A stretch of DNA of 64,000 nt, from assembly GCA_038883775.1 (NCBI GenBank), contig JAVZLM010000002.1, positions 96,001-160,000 on the forward strand, written 5' to 3'. Shown piece by piece: positions 18,714-27,706 of this stretch. The stretch's first letter is position 1, and each line of letters begins with the position of its first letter. The notes below the pieces were generated by a model, which saw only the letters and a list, made by a program, of their open reading frames with translations, did no database searches and was not told the DNA's origin. A program made the translations under genes and the position numbers. The DNA comes from Candidatus Bathyarchaeia archaeon (GTDB taxonomy: Archaea; Thermoproteota; Bathyarchaeia; Bathyarchaeales; Bathycorpusculaceae).

Positions 18714-20588
18714 TTACGCCATAACTTCAATTGGAGGCTTCTTTGAAAACTTTATTGCTGGAAGTAAACTGAAAACAAAAGTTATCGCTAAGGCTGTTAA
18801 AAGCCACCCTGCTATTTCAATTATGGTTACAAGCGTAATCAAAGGATCAGGAACCAAAATCAGCAAGGTTATGATTATTCCGAAAGCTATTCCAAGGGCA
18901 TAACTTGACAATAAAACTATTAGGCTTTGCCATGAAACAATTTTTAAAACAGTTTTTGGTTTCGCTCCCAAAGCTCTTAAAACGCCGAATTCTTGGCGCT
19001 GTTCAGTTAGGATAAGCATTATATAGCATATTAAGCACAGAGAAGCGGATGCCAAAGAGAATAATGGCAGAAAAAGGATTATGGACCAAACATAACCCAG
19101 AAAATCAACGTTCTCTTTTAAGATTTGGTTAAGCTCAAAAACCTCATAGTTTGAATTTATTTTGGTAGCATTCGCCTTTATCCTATTCAAAATTTCTGCT
19201 CGATTGTTTAAAGCCCCAATCTTAACTAATACGATGTTGATTTTTAATATGCCAGTGACATTCTGTAAATCCTTTAAAGGCACGTATGTGACATTTCCGT
19301 TATTTAATGGATCAACGCAAACGCCTGCGATGCCAAAGGACCTATTTGACTGAATCCCAAATATTATTAATTCTTGTTTTAATGGCATAGTGAACATTTT
19401 ATGAGCTATTGAATCGCCTATTACCGCTTCCCATGGCCTGTTTTCTTTAAGGAATTCTCCATCTAAAAACCAATCAGCAAGCACTTTTTCTGGTTCGACG
19501 CCCACTACCAATGATGTGCCTTCTCGGTTTTTACCCACAGAGATTGTGGCGCCAGTTTCAGGGTTGAAAATGTAACCCGGAACTTCTCTGATTTTTGCTT
19601 CAACAATTAAGCGCATGTCAATGCCCACAATCTCAGATGTTTGACTTAATTGGCTGAGAAGCTCGTCTGAGAGCAAGTATTTGTTGTCTGTATAGTTGAA
19701 CTGAGAGAGTTTTTTTACTTCGTAAAATTTCGACAATAATAGCCTATATTGGTTGCACATTTCTTGATGAGCTATAACGATTATGTCTTTGCCAATCGCC
19801 CCTTCAACCCAGCTTTTCGTTGTTTGGTCAGCGATTATTCCACCAGCAACCGCCACAGTGGCTAAGATAAATGTTGTTGTTAGGCATGATAGGATGCGTA
19901 TGGTTGCCCACTTACGTCGGAACAGGCTTCGCATGGCAATTTTTATGGTTAAGCCTATTTTTGAAACGATTTTGAACCCAGGCTCTTTGCTCATGCCTAA
20001 ATAGTATGTTGGCGATAAAGCTTTTGCTGTTTCAATTTTCGTTGCATCCAATATTGGCTTGGCTCCAAAAATTAATGCAAGAACAAAGTATATGGCAAAC
20101 ACAAGTAGAACAATCCAAAAATTGATTGGCTTTTGCGAAATCTGAAAGGCAGAAGCTGTTAAAATGTTTGTTATGGCGAAGTCTGCCACTATTCCTAAAA
20201 CGACGCCTAGAAAACAGCCGAGAAAGGTTACTATTAGGAGTTCATTCATGAAATATCCGAAAATGAGGTCGTTTGGGCAGCCAGCAGCCTTCATTAACCC
20301 AATATCCCTAATTCTCTGGGACATCATGACAAAAACCATGAAAGAAACAATTAATGCTCCAATGACGAAAATTAGGATTCCAATGAATATTATGAAACGG
20401 GATAGGGCTATTGACAAGCCCGCTGTTAACGTTCCTTCAGTCATAAGAGATATTCCAAAGCCTATTTTATCACAGAAAATTAGCAGGAAAAGGGTTGAGG
20501 CAACACATAACGTTAAACTTATGACTATTAGGCTTGTCTGAAGTTTTCTTCGAAATAAATCGTTTACTGGGAAAAAGGTTTCACTCAA
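18714..20588 (-). CDS. FtsX/MacB-like ABC transporter permease (two FtsX domains)
   Basis: QRIRDIGLMKAAG and EQRQEFGVLRALGA repeats with an extracellular domain between them. Confidence 0.85.
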   Translation of the reverse strand: MSETFFPVNDLFRRKLQTSLIVISLTLCVASTLFLLIFCDKIGFGISLMTEGTLTAGLSIALSRFIIFIGILIFVIGALIVSFMVFVMMSQRIRDIGLMKAAGCPNDLIFGYFMNELLIVTFLGCFLGVVLGIVADFAITNILTASAFQISQKPINFWIVLLVFAIYFVLALIFGAKPILDATKIETAKALSPTYYLGMSKEPGFKIVSKIGLTIKIAMRSLFRRKWATIRILSCLTTTFILATVAVAGGIIADQTTKSWVEGAIGKDIIVIAHQEMCNQYRLLLSKFYEVKKLSQFNYTDNKYLLSDELLSQLSQTSEIVGIDMRLIVEAKIREVPGYIFNPETGATISVGKNREGTSLVVGVEPEKVLADWFLDGEFLKENRPWEAVIGDSIAHKMFTMPLKQELIIFGIQSNRSFGIAGVCVDPLNNGNVTYVPLKDLQNVTGILKINIVLVKIGALNNRAEILNRIKANATKINSNYEVFELNQILKENVDFLGYVWSIILFLPLFSLASASLCLICYIMLILTEQRQEFGVLRALGAKPKTVLKIVSWQSLIVLLSSYALGIAFGIIITLLILVPDPLITLVTIIEIAGWLLTALAITFVFSLLPAIKFSKKPPIEVMA

Positions 20589-21270
20589 CAGGATTTACCA
20601 GCTTTCCATCTTCCAAATACAACTTTTGATCTGCCAACCGTAATATGCGTTCATCATGGGTTGCCACAATAATTGTCTTCCCACTCTCCTTCAGTTTTTG
20701 GAGTATCCCAACAATTTTTACGCTTGTTTTCGCGTCCAAATTTCCAGTAGGTTCATCAGCCAGAACCAATGGTGGATCATTTGCCAAGGCACGGGCGAAG
20801 GCTACTCGTTGCTGTTCTCCGCCGCTTAGTTGTGAGGGAAAATGTTCTGCTCTATGTTGTAAACCGACAATGTCTAAAAGTTCTCCAACCCGTTTTCTTA
20901 TTTGTTCTTCTGGTTTTCTCGCCCACTCCATTGGAAAGGCAATGTTCTCGGCAACCGTTAGAGTTGAAATGAGGTTGTAGGATTGGAACACAAAGCCAAC
21001 TTTGCGATTGCGAAAATTTGCCAAAAAATCCTCATCCTTAACGCCTAAATTCTTTCCAAAAACCAAAATCCTTCCACTTGTGGGCTTGTCAATGCCACCG
21101 ATAATGTTTAAAAGGGTGGTTTTTCCAGAACCCGATGGACCGCTTATAACTGTGAAATCTCCATCTTTAACATTAAAATTCACATTTTTTAAAGCTTCAA
21201 CCTTCAAATCGCCCATCTCATAAACCTTGCAAATATTAGATGCTAAAACAGCTATCTTTTCGGTTGGCAT
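20581..21270 (-). CDS. ABC transporter ATP-binding protein (LolD/MacB-type)
   Basis: GPSGSGKT, LSGGEQQRVA, LADEPTGNLD. Confidence 0.95.
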   Translation of the reverse strand: MPTEKIAVLASNICKVYEMGDLKVEALKNVNFNVKDGDFTVISGPSGSGKTTLLNIIGGIDKPTSGRILVFGKNLGVKDEDFLANFRNRKVGFVFQSYNLISTLTVAENIAFPMEWARKPEEQIRKRVGELLDIVGLQHRAEHFPSQLSGGEQQRVAFARALANDPPLVLADEPTGNLDAKTSVKIVGILQKLKESGKTIIVATHDERILRLADQKLYLEDGKLVNPVE

Positions 21271-21274
21271 CTGC

Positions 21275-21703
21275 CTAACTTTCCTCTAGGTTAAAGTTTC
21301 CCCTGTCCCTTTTTAGGATTCTCGCCTTTTCAGGAATTCGCCCTTTCTCCCAATCTTTCCAGCTAATCTCCTTAAAAATCCATTTTTTCCCGAGATGCGC
21401 CGCAAGCACAGCATGTTTATGCTCTTTTTCTATTGGAATTAGTTCTTCAAGGAATCTGAAAAGTTTCTCAATTTGTTGTTTTGGAAAGTAAGCGTAATAG
21501 CTGGCGTTTTTCACCTCAAAAGCGTAAATTTCAGAATTTTTTCTTGCAATGACATCGGGCAATGGGTTGAGGCTTGGATTGCTTACTGGAACCCGAACTG
21601 CGTTATAACCATTTTTTGTTAAAAGTTTTACAAGGACGTTTTCGCTGTAAAAGCCCCTTTTGCGCCATCTGCGGAGCTCAGCCTTATCAATTTCTCTAAT
21701 CAT
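21275..21703 (-). CDS. hjc: Archaeal Holliday junction resolvase
   Basis: RGFYSE...GYNAVRVPVS...PDVIA...FEVK. Confidence 0.8.
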   Translation of the reverse strand: MIREIDKAELRRWRKRGFYSENVLVKLLTKNGYNAVRVPVSNPSLNPLPDVIARKNSEIYAFEVKNASYYAYFPKQQIEKLFRFLEELIPIEKEHKHAVLAAHLGKKWIFKEISWKDWEKGRIPEKARILKRDRGNFNLEES

Positions 21704-21777
21704 AGTCTATTCCCTATGGTCTTAAATGGACGTAGACTTCTTTAACATTACAAGGCTAAAAGAATTATCCAAAACCT

Positions 21778-24066
21778 TTAGGATTTTTTGCGTCTGTAAG
21801 CGTTTTGAATCCAGACTTTTATGGCTGGTTTCTCAATTAAACATTCTCTCAAGTAATCGTCTAACGTGGCTGCGGGCACAACCTCAATTTTATAATCCCT
21901 AACGTCTATGGAATGCTCAAAATTCTTTTGAGGAATAACCACCTTCTTGAAACCCCAAGCCTCAGCAGCCTTAATCTTCTCATAAACGCCGCCAACAGCC
22001 GTGATTTGAATAGAATCGCCAACACCCAAGTTTATTTCTCCAGTAACAGCCACATCCTGTCTTATAGGCTTGCCCTCAATAAGCGAACACAAAAGAATAG
22101 CCATAGTCACGCCAGCAGATGGACCATCCACACCATAAGACTGAGCGAAGTCTATATGTGTTAAATAGTCTTGGGCTATGTCAACACCATATTTCTGAAG
22201 AATGACGCTTCTAACTTTGGCTATGCTATCTGCAATGAAGCTTTGTCCTTTTGCAACGCCAGTCACTTTGTAATAGCCCTTAATTGGATAATTTCTTGGA
22301 AGCTCGCTTCTCTTTGCCATATTAGCCTTCACACATAAGACGCTTCCAGTCATCTCTCCACTGTATGGATCTTTAACAACAACCAAACCATAAATTTGCC
22401 CAAGCTTTGCTCCTTTAGGCTTTATTTCTAAAAGTTTGCCTCTTTCGCTGATTTCATGTTCCAGTATCTGTCTTTGAATTGTTTTGCAATGTTTTTCTAT
22501 GGCTTCTCGAACATGCCTTCTCTCAACAACCTTGCAGTCTTCGTTCATGGCTAGGGTTGCAGCCGTCTTGATAATTGAAATGAGTGGTCTAAACTTTGTT
22601 GTTAATGCATCTTTTTTATTACTTCTTCGTCTTCCTTCCTCAACAATTTCTTCGCAGGCTTCTCTGCTGAAGGGAATAAGGTTGAAGCGCTTAACTTCTT
22701 GCGCTATAAACTGCACATATTTTCGTCTGTTCTCTATGGTGTTTGGCATGTCATTATTCATTCTAACAACTTTTCCATAACCATAAATCCTATCCATAAG
22801 GGCAGGATGTATTTGGCTTATGCTGTCAAAGTTTCCAGCGCCCACAAGAAAAGTTATGGCTGGAACGGGTTCTGTGGAAACAGCCATTGCAGCTGTGTCG
22901 CCGCCGTGCCATCTACCCCTCAAAGTGATTGGTAATCTTCCATCTTCAAGCATAGTTAAAAGCGTTACAGCCTCTTCTGGGTCCAAATTCTTAATCTCAT
23001 CAATATATAAGATTCCGAGCGATGCTCTGTGAACATCTCCAGCTGTAACTCTCTGATGTTCTGGAGTGCCTAAGCCTCCAGTTTGGTATGGGTCCCATGC
23101 TATTGAGCCGAAAAGTTGGGCGCTCCTATGCCCTGTGGCATCCACGAAGGGCGCATGTCCAGAACAATTGTCAACTATTAGTTTTGGAACGTCCGTCTGT
23201 TGAGAACCAGCTATGCCCTTAAGGTTTCCAAGTCCGCCAAGTTTTGAGAACCACCATATGAAGACTCCGAAGAAGATTAGGCTGCCGCCTGGAATGAAAG
23301 TTAGTGGCACTAAACCTACAAATTTGCCTATTAAATAGTCTAAGAAGCTGTAATTGTAATATTCTTGGAGGGGTTCTCCCAAAAACATTGGGTTGGCTTG
23401 CCAAGTTGCCCAAGCCTGATAAAGGAAGTAAAAACCTAAGGATATAAGGAAGAGTCCCATTAGAACTAGGAATATTTGTAATGTTTTGAGACCAACCTTT
23501 GTTATGAACTTTCTTTTAAGCTCTTTAAGCTGCTCCCTCTGGAGAATCTTTTTCCCCTCGCCAGCCTTATGGATTGAAATTTTCGGTTGGCTTGGCAGTG
23601 TCTGGTTTCTCCAGCAAAGCACATCAAAAAGTTTTATGCCATTCTCCTTGTAAACCTGCGTAAGTTTTTCAGCCAAGGCTCTGCCAATTAGGGATTTGCC
23701 TGTTCCAGGGTCGCCTAAAAGGAGAAGGTATGGTCCTGGGCTTATGACTGTTTTAGCTGAAGGTTTGGGTTTGTCTGGGTCGCTCCAGCTTTCATACCAT
23801 TTTGTTTCTTCAAGCCATTTAAGCTTGTGAACCCACTCGTCAAGACATAGGAAGCATTCTTTTAATGCTTGCTCTTGCCCAATAACCCAGTTTATTAGAT
23901 TGTCGTCTACCGGAAAGCCCTCGGTGCTTTCAAAGTTGCTCCAATCCCATTTTACCCTAACTTTTCTGCCGTTAACGTTCCTTTCAATTATCTCAACATC
24001 ATTTCCAAAAGGGTTAACTTGCAAACATGACAGCCTTCCCATATCCCCTATCACAAGACATGCCAC
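21778..24066 (-). CDS. lonB: Archaeal membrane-bound Lon protease (LonB)
   Basis: GDPGTGKS, TM insertion, LYIDEI, VDGPSAG Ser and GGVYEK Lys dyad; exact start uncertain. Confidence 0.92.
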   Translation of the reverse strand: MACLVIGDMGRLSCLQVNPFGNDVEIIERNVNGRKVRVKWDWSNFESTEGFPVDDNLINWVIGQEQALKECFLCLDEWVHKLKWLEETKWYESWSDPDKPKPSAKTVISPGPYLLLLGDPGTGKSLIGRALAEKLTQVYKENGIKLFDVLCWRNQTLPSQPKISIHKAGEGKKILQREQLKELKRKFITKVGLKTLQIFLVLMGLFLISLGFYFLYQAWATWQANPMFLGEPLQEYYNYSFLDYLIGKFVGLVPLTFIPGGSLIFFGVFIWWFSKLGGLGNLKGIAGSQQTDVPKLIVDNCSGHAPFVDATGHRSAQLFGSIAWDPYQTGGLGTPEHQRVTAGDVHRASLGILYIDEIKNLDPEEAVTLLTMLEDGRLPITLRGRWHGGDTAAMAVSTEPVPAITFLVGAGNFDSISQIHPALMDRIYGYGKVVRMNNDMPNTIENRRKYVQFIAQEVKRFNLIPFSREACEEIVEEGRRRSNKKDALTTKFRPLISIIKTAATLAMNEDCKVVERRHVREAIEKHCKTIQRQILEHEISERGKLLEIKPKGAKLGQIYGLVVVKDPYSGEMTGSVLCVKANMAKRSELPRNYPIKGYYKVTGVAKGQSFIADSIAKVRSVILQKYGVDIAQDYLTHIDFAQSYGVDGPSAGVTMAILLCSLIEGKPIRQDVAVTGEINLGVGDSIQITAVGGVYEKIKAAEAWGFKKVVIPQKNFEHSIDVRDYKIEVVPAATLDDYLRECLIEKPAIKVWIQNAYRRKKS

Positions 24067-24328
24067 TGAATTATTATAGAGGTTATTTCAAAATTTGCAA
24101 TATGAAAAAACCAATAACATGAAATAAAATGAAGAGAACCCGTTTGTTTTATTTTCCAATTTTAACCAAAATTTCGCCATTTTCACCAATTAAAAACTAA
24201 ATTCTAATCTGTTAAAAATCGAATATGCCCTAAAGTAAAAACGACCGCTTCCCTCTTCTAAAACAGAAAATCTTTAAGCCAAATTCAAGCCCCAAAACAA
24301 AAAAGAAGCCAAATTCAGCCTTTTCCAA

Positions 24329-24444
24329 AAAGCCCACAAAACCAAAGCATGGACTTAACCGTGGCCTCATACAAAAACCGACGAAAATCTCCATAGCAAG
24401 CCTTCGTCGATACCCTTCGTTAATGCTTCGATTTTGTTGGCTTT
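24329..24444 (-). ncRNA. Putative structured RNA/DNA element A (long nested hairpin)
   Basis: 21-bp outer stem (20 pairs incl. 2 G-U on the minus strand) enclosing a 10-bp inner stem TCGACGAAGG/TTTTCGTCGG. Confidence 0.5.
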
Positions 24445-24478
24445 AAATTGTGTGCGAGGATTTCTGGATAAGAGCTGC

Positions 24479-24610
24479 TTTCCAAGTTTCACTTTATGCA
24501 GGCGCTTTTGCCATGAAAGGTGACAGCTTCAGTTTATGCTTTCGTATACTAAATGGGTTGACTAAACTTTCTTAAAAGGGGGTTGTCACGAGGTGTGAAA
24601 TGGGCGGAAA
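24479..24610 (+). ncRNA. Putative structured RNA/DNA element B (multibranch)
   Basis: TTTCAC/GTGAAA closing stem; GTGACAGCTTC/GGGGTTGTCAC with G-U pairs on plus; AGTTTA/TAAACT; side hairpin. Confidence 0.45.
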
Positions 24611-24885
24611 TTGATTTTTGAAAGGAGCTTTTTTCTGGCTTATTTTGAATGAATGCTTCAAGTTGTTTTGTTTAGTGTAGGCTATATGGTCAATATTTTT
24701 TGGTCTTTAAGATTAATTTTTTACTTTTTGGTAATTTTGGTGATTTTAGTATTACCATTCGATTTTATGTTTCACCAGCACTCTCCAGAATGGAGCCTGT
24801 TAAAACGCCGTATACAAAAGCATCAACGCAACTTCCAATTTTAGAGGCGGAAAATGAAATAAACTTCTTTAGCTAATTTTGTTTT

Positions 24886-25434
24886 ATGCAAGCTGGAAAA
24901 GTTATTCGGAGTTTTTCTGCCAAAGATGGACGAAGGGTTGTTTTGAGGACGCCTAAATGGGAGGATTTGGATGATTTGCTTGAGCTTATTAATTCGCTTG
25001 TTGAGGAAGGTGCAGAAATAATTAGGAATGAGAAGGTTTCTAGGGAGGAGGAAATCGACTGGTTGTCTAAAACCCTTGCCAGCCTGGAGAAGGAGGAAAT
25101 ATTCTTTCTTGTGGCTGAAGTTGACGGAAAGGTTATAGCCTCTTCGGATATTCGTCCACTAAGATGGGTTGAGCGGCATGTTGGCGTTTTGGGCATAATA
25201 GTAAAAAGTGGGTTTAGGGATGTTGGTATCGGAACTGAAATGATGAAGACATTGGTAGAGCAAGCCTATAAAATGGGCTTAAAGGTTTTGACGCTTTCCG
25301 CTTTCGCAACCAACAAACGCGCAATTCATGTTTACGAGAAGGCTGGGTTTGTGCAGACGGGGGTTATTCCCAGAAAACATTTCAAAGACGGCAGGTACAT
25401 AGATGAGATTATAATGACTAAGTTGCTGGAGTGA
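24886..25434 (+). CDS. GNAT N-acetyltransferase (YhhY/RimJ-like)
   Basis: FRDVGIG, N..AIHVYEKAGF. Confidence 0.85.
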   Translation: MQAGKVIRSFSAKDGRRVVLRTPKWEDLDDLLELINSLVEEGAEIIRNEKVSREEEIDWLSKTLASLEKEEIFFLVAEVDGKVIASSDIRPLRWVERHVGVLGIIVKSGFRDVGIGTEMMKTLVEQAYKMGLKVLTLSAFATNKRAIHVYEKAGFVQTGVIPRKHFKDGRYIDEIIMTKLLE

Positions 25435-25443
25435 AAAAGAGAG

Positions 25444-25860
25444 ATGCCAAACTTTAAAGTCTTCAACATAAGCCACACATTTTCCACGAAAGGAGAAATA
25501 GACTTTGTAGACTTGACGGATAGGGTTCAAGAGGCGGTTTCAAAATCTGGTGTAAAAAATGGTTTGGTCCACGTTTTTGCACCCCATGCTACTGGCATAC
25601 TAATTCTGACGGAGAATGAGTATGGCTTGTTAAATGACATTAGAGCTTTCCTCGAAAAAATAATTCCAAAACATCAGGCTTATAGGCATCCATCCAACGC
25701 CCACGCCCATTTAAGGTCTGTACTCCTTCCACCAGACAAGACATTGCCAGTAATCGATGGTAGGGTGGAGTTTGGAACTTGGCAGTCCCTTGTTTTTGTG
25801 GAAACAGATGTTTATCCAAGAAGGAGAACAGTTTTCATTCAAGTTATGGGCGAAACATAA
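25444..25860 (+). CDS. yjbQ: YjbQ/UPF0047 family protein
   Basis: HATG, ENE, NAHAHLRS, FGTWQ. Confidence 0.9.
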   Translation: MPNFKVFNISHTFSTKGEIDFVDLTDRVQEAVSKSGVKNGLVHVFAPHATGILILTENEYGLLNDIRAFLEKIIPKHQAYRHPSNAHAHLRSVLLPPDKTLPVIDGRVEFGTWQSLVFVETDVYPRRRTVFIQVMGET

Positions 25861-26142
25861 AAGTCTCATTGAACAATTTTGTTCGTGCTTTTTCCATGTT
25901 GTAACAGGCAAACAAGATCATGTTTTTTTTAAAACTTTTTTTGAACTTTTCTCACCATTAATAAAATATTTTTAACTTTTTGTTATAAAATTTATCCATT
26001 CGCTTATTTTCGGTTCAACAAGGGGAAAACTAGCATGGTCCAACAATTTCGTAGTGCCGTCCACAAAATTTCTGTTACTCTTTTAAAGTTATTCATAAAT
26101 TGTGCGCTTGTTACGGTTTATCTTCTTGTTGAAAACATGTAT

Positions 26143-27342
26143 TTATAAAGTTCGTTTATGTTCGCTGCTGTCTTTTGGGATTTTGAAAGATAGAATTAGT
26201 GCAAGGAGAGCGAAGACTGTTAGCATGTAGAAGGCAGCGTCAAAGCCGTATGTATCAGCTATATATCCTGCCATAACCTGTGAAAGGGAGCCTATGCCAA
26301 AGGATGTGAAGAAGAAGACACCGTAAACTGCGCCCCGTTGATTTTGCGGAGATAATAATCCCGTCAGCGAATTTAGTGCGGGTTGGTGTGCATAGAAGGA
26401 AAAGCCATAAAAAATAATGAAGATTGCTACTCCAATGTTATATGTTGGAAGAAACAAGAGGGAAAAGAGGCTTATGCAAACGCCCGCTGACGTAGCCATC
26501 AAAACCTTTTTTGAACCAACCTTGTCGGCGGCTTTCCCCCCAATCCATTGTCCAGGAACTCCAGCAGCCAAAAGCAGTGTATAAGCGATAGAAGCCCACA
26601 TGGAGTCTATTCCTCGGTTTTCTTCAAGGTATGTTGGGAAAAACAGTTCCACGCCTTTCATGAATAGCCCTATGGCAATGTTAAAAATCAAGAGCATCCA
26701 AAGTTCTCTAATCTTTAAGGCATCAAGGATTGTTCCACCTCTTCCCTCTCTATTTCCAGCTCTTCCAAAATTTTTAACAAATACCAACGCAAGCACCACG
26801 CATAGTACTCCAAAAGCGATGAAAGCCCAAGACCATCCAAAATTTACGCCCAAAAACCAAGCTATGTAAGGGGTTAACACAACGCCTAATGTTCCGCCCA
26901 CACCATGCAAACCCATGGTTTCCGCAACCCTCACCTTAAAAGCCTTTGAAATTAGCGAGTTTGCTGTTGGATGGTAAAGGCTTGCCCAAGCAGCCATCAA
27001 AGTTAAAGCAACCGCATAAACATAGATGCTACGCATAGCAGAAGCTGCAAGCATAATAAATGTGGAAAGTCCAGAAAACATTAAACACAGCGCTATTGTT
27101 TTATTTTCGCCAATCCTATCGCCTAAAGGACCGCCAACCAAAGCTCCAACCCCATAAAGCATAGAAGCGATTGTCGCCACAGCCCCAATGACAGATTTTG
27201 AAACTCCCAAATCGTTCATAATTACACTTAGCAAAGGTGGCGCAATAACAAATAACGAATGATTAAGAGAGTGAGCGGCGCCTAAAAGGACAATTTTCTC
27301 TTTTGACTTTTGCAATTCACTCATCATTCCAAGCCTTGACAT
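26143..27342 (-). CDS. MFS transporter
   Basis: 12-TM pattern, GPLGDRIG and GKAADKVG motif A, YHPTA. Confidence 0.9.
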   Translation of the reverse strand: MSRLGMMSELQKSKEKIVLLGAAHSLNHSLFVIAPPLLSVIMNDLGVSKSVIGAVATIASMLYGVGALVGGPLGDRIGENKTIALCLMFSGLSTFIMLAASAMRSIYVYAVALTLMAAWASLYHPTANSLISKAFKVRVAETMGLHGVGGTLGVVLTPYIAWFLGVNFGWSWAFIAFGVLCVVLALVFVKNFGRAGNREGRGGTILDALKIRELWMLLIFNIAIGLFMKGVELFFPTYLEENRGIDSMWASIAYTLLLAAGVPGQWIGGKAADKVGSKKVLMATSAGVCISLFSLLFLPTYNIGVAIFIIFYGFSFYAHQPALNSLTGLLSPQNQRGAVYGVFFFTSFGIGSLSQVMAGYIADTYGFDAAFYMLTVFALLALILSFKIPKDSSEHKRTL

Positions 27343-27538
27343 AGGATTAAAACTTTCCTAAATAAAGGCTTACCCGGCAAACCCCAACTTTTTTACGAAA
27401 AACTTACATTTTTGGCATAAAACTGAACCAATACGGACCCTACCCTCTAGATTTTCTGCGTTCCACCGTAAACGTAAATAAGAACCATTAAAAGAAACTT
27501 ACCAGTAGCCGAGGTTAGAGAAAACTCCATAAGAAAGT

Positions 27539-27615
27539 GGCCGAGGTGAGGTAGCCTGGTAGCCTATAGGCCTGTGGAGCCTAGCGCCCGGGTTCAAATC
27601 CCGGCCTCGGCCCCA
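27539..27615 (+). tRNA. tRNA-His(GUG), intronless, with encoded G-1 and CCA
   Basis: Acceptor GCCGAGG/CCTCGGC, anticodon arm TAGGC-CTGTGGA-GCCTA, T arm CCGGG-TTCAAAT-CCCGG, C73 discriminator, CCA at 27613-27615. Confidence 0.97.
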
Positions 27616-27706
27616 CCTACACTGTGTTTTAGTTCCGGCGCTGATGTTTTGTTTGCAGCAAAAACTAATAGGTTTGAAACTTTTATGTTACTTTAAGGAA
27701 ACTACC

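Noticed and set aside
24653-24844. 63-aa hydrophobic ORF in the large intergenic region
   Set aside because: The hydrophobicity follows from the T-rich skew, and there is no SD or motif; it cannot be fully excluded.
24067-24885. SRP RNA, RNase P RNA or a confident oriC call
   Set aside because: No SRP helix-8 or RNase P P4 signature was seen; only weak TTCCA/CTCCAGAATGGAG ORB-like bits and no adjacent cdc6.
25861-26142. AT-rich gap between yjbQ and the MFS gene, as a possible gene remnant or sRNA
   Set aside because: Only short broken frames, with no C/D boxes plus terminal stem and no recognisable homology.
27508-27615. tRNA-His as an integration site; 8-bp GCCGAGGT duplicate of its 5' end at 27508
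   Set aside because: No integrase, no 3'-end att repeat seen, and flanking genes are ordinary; the 8-bp match may be chance.
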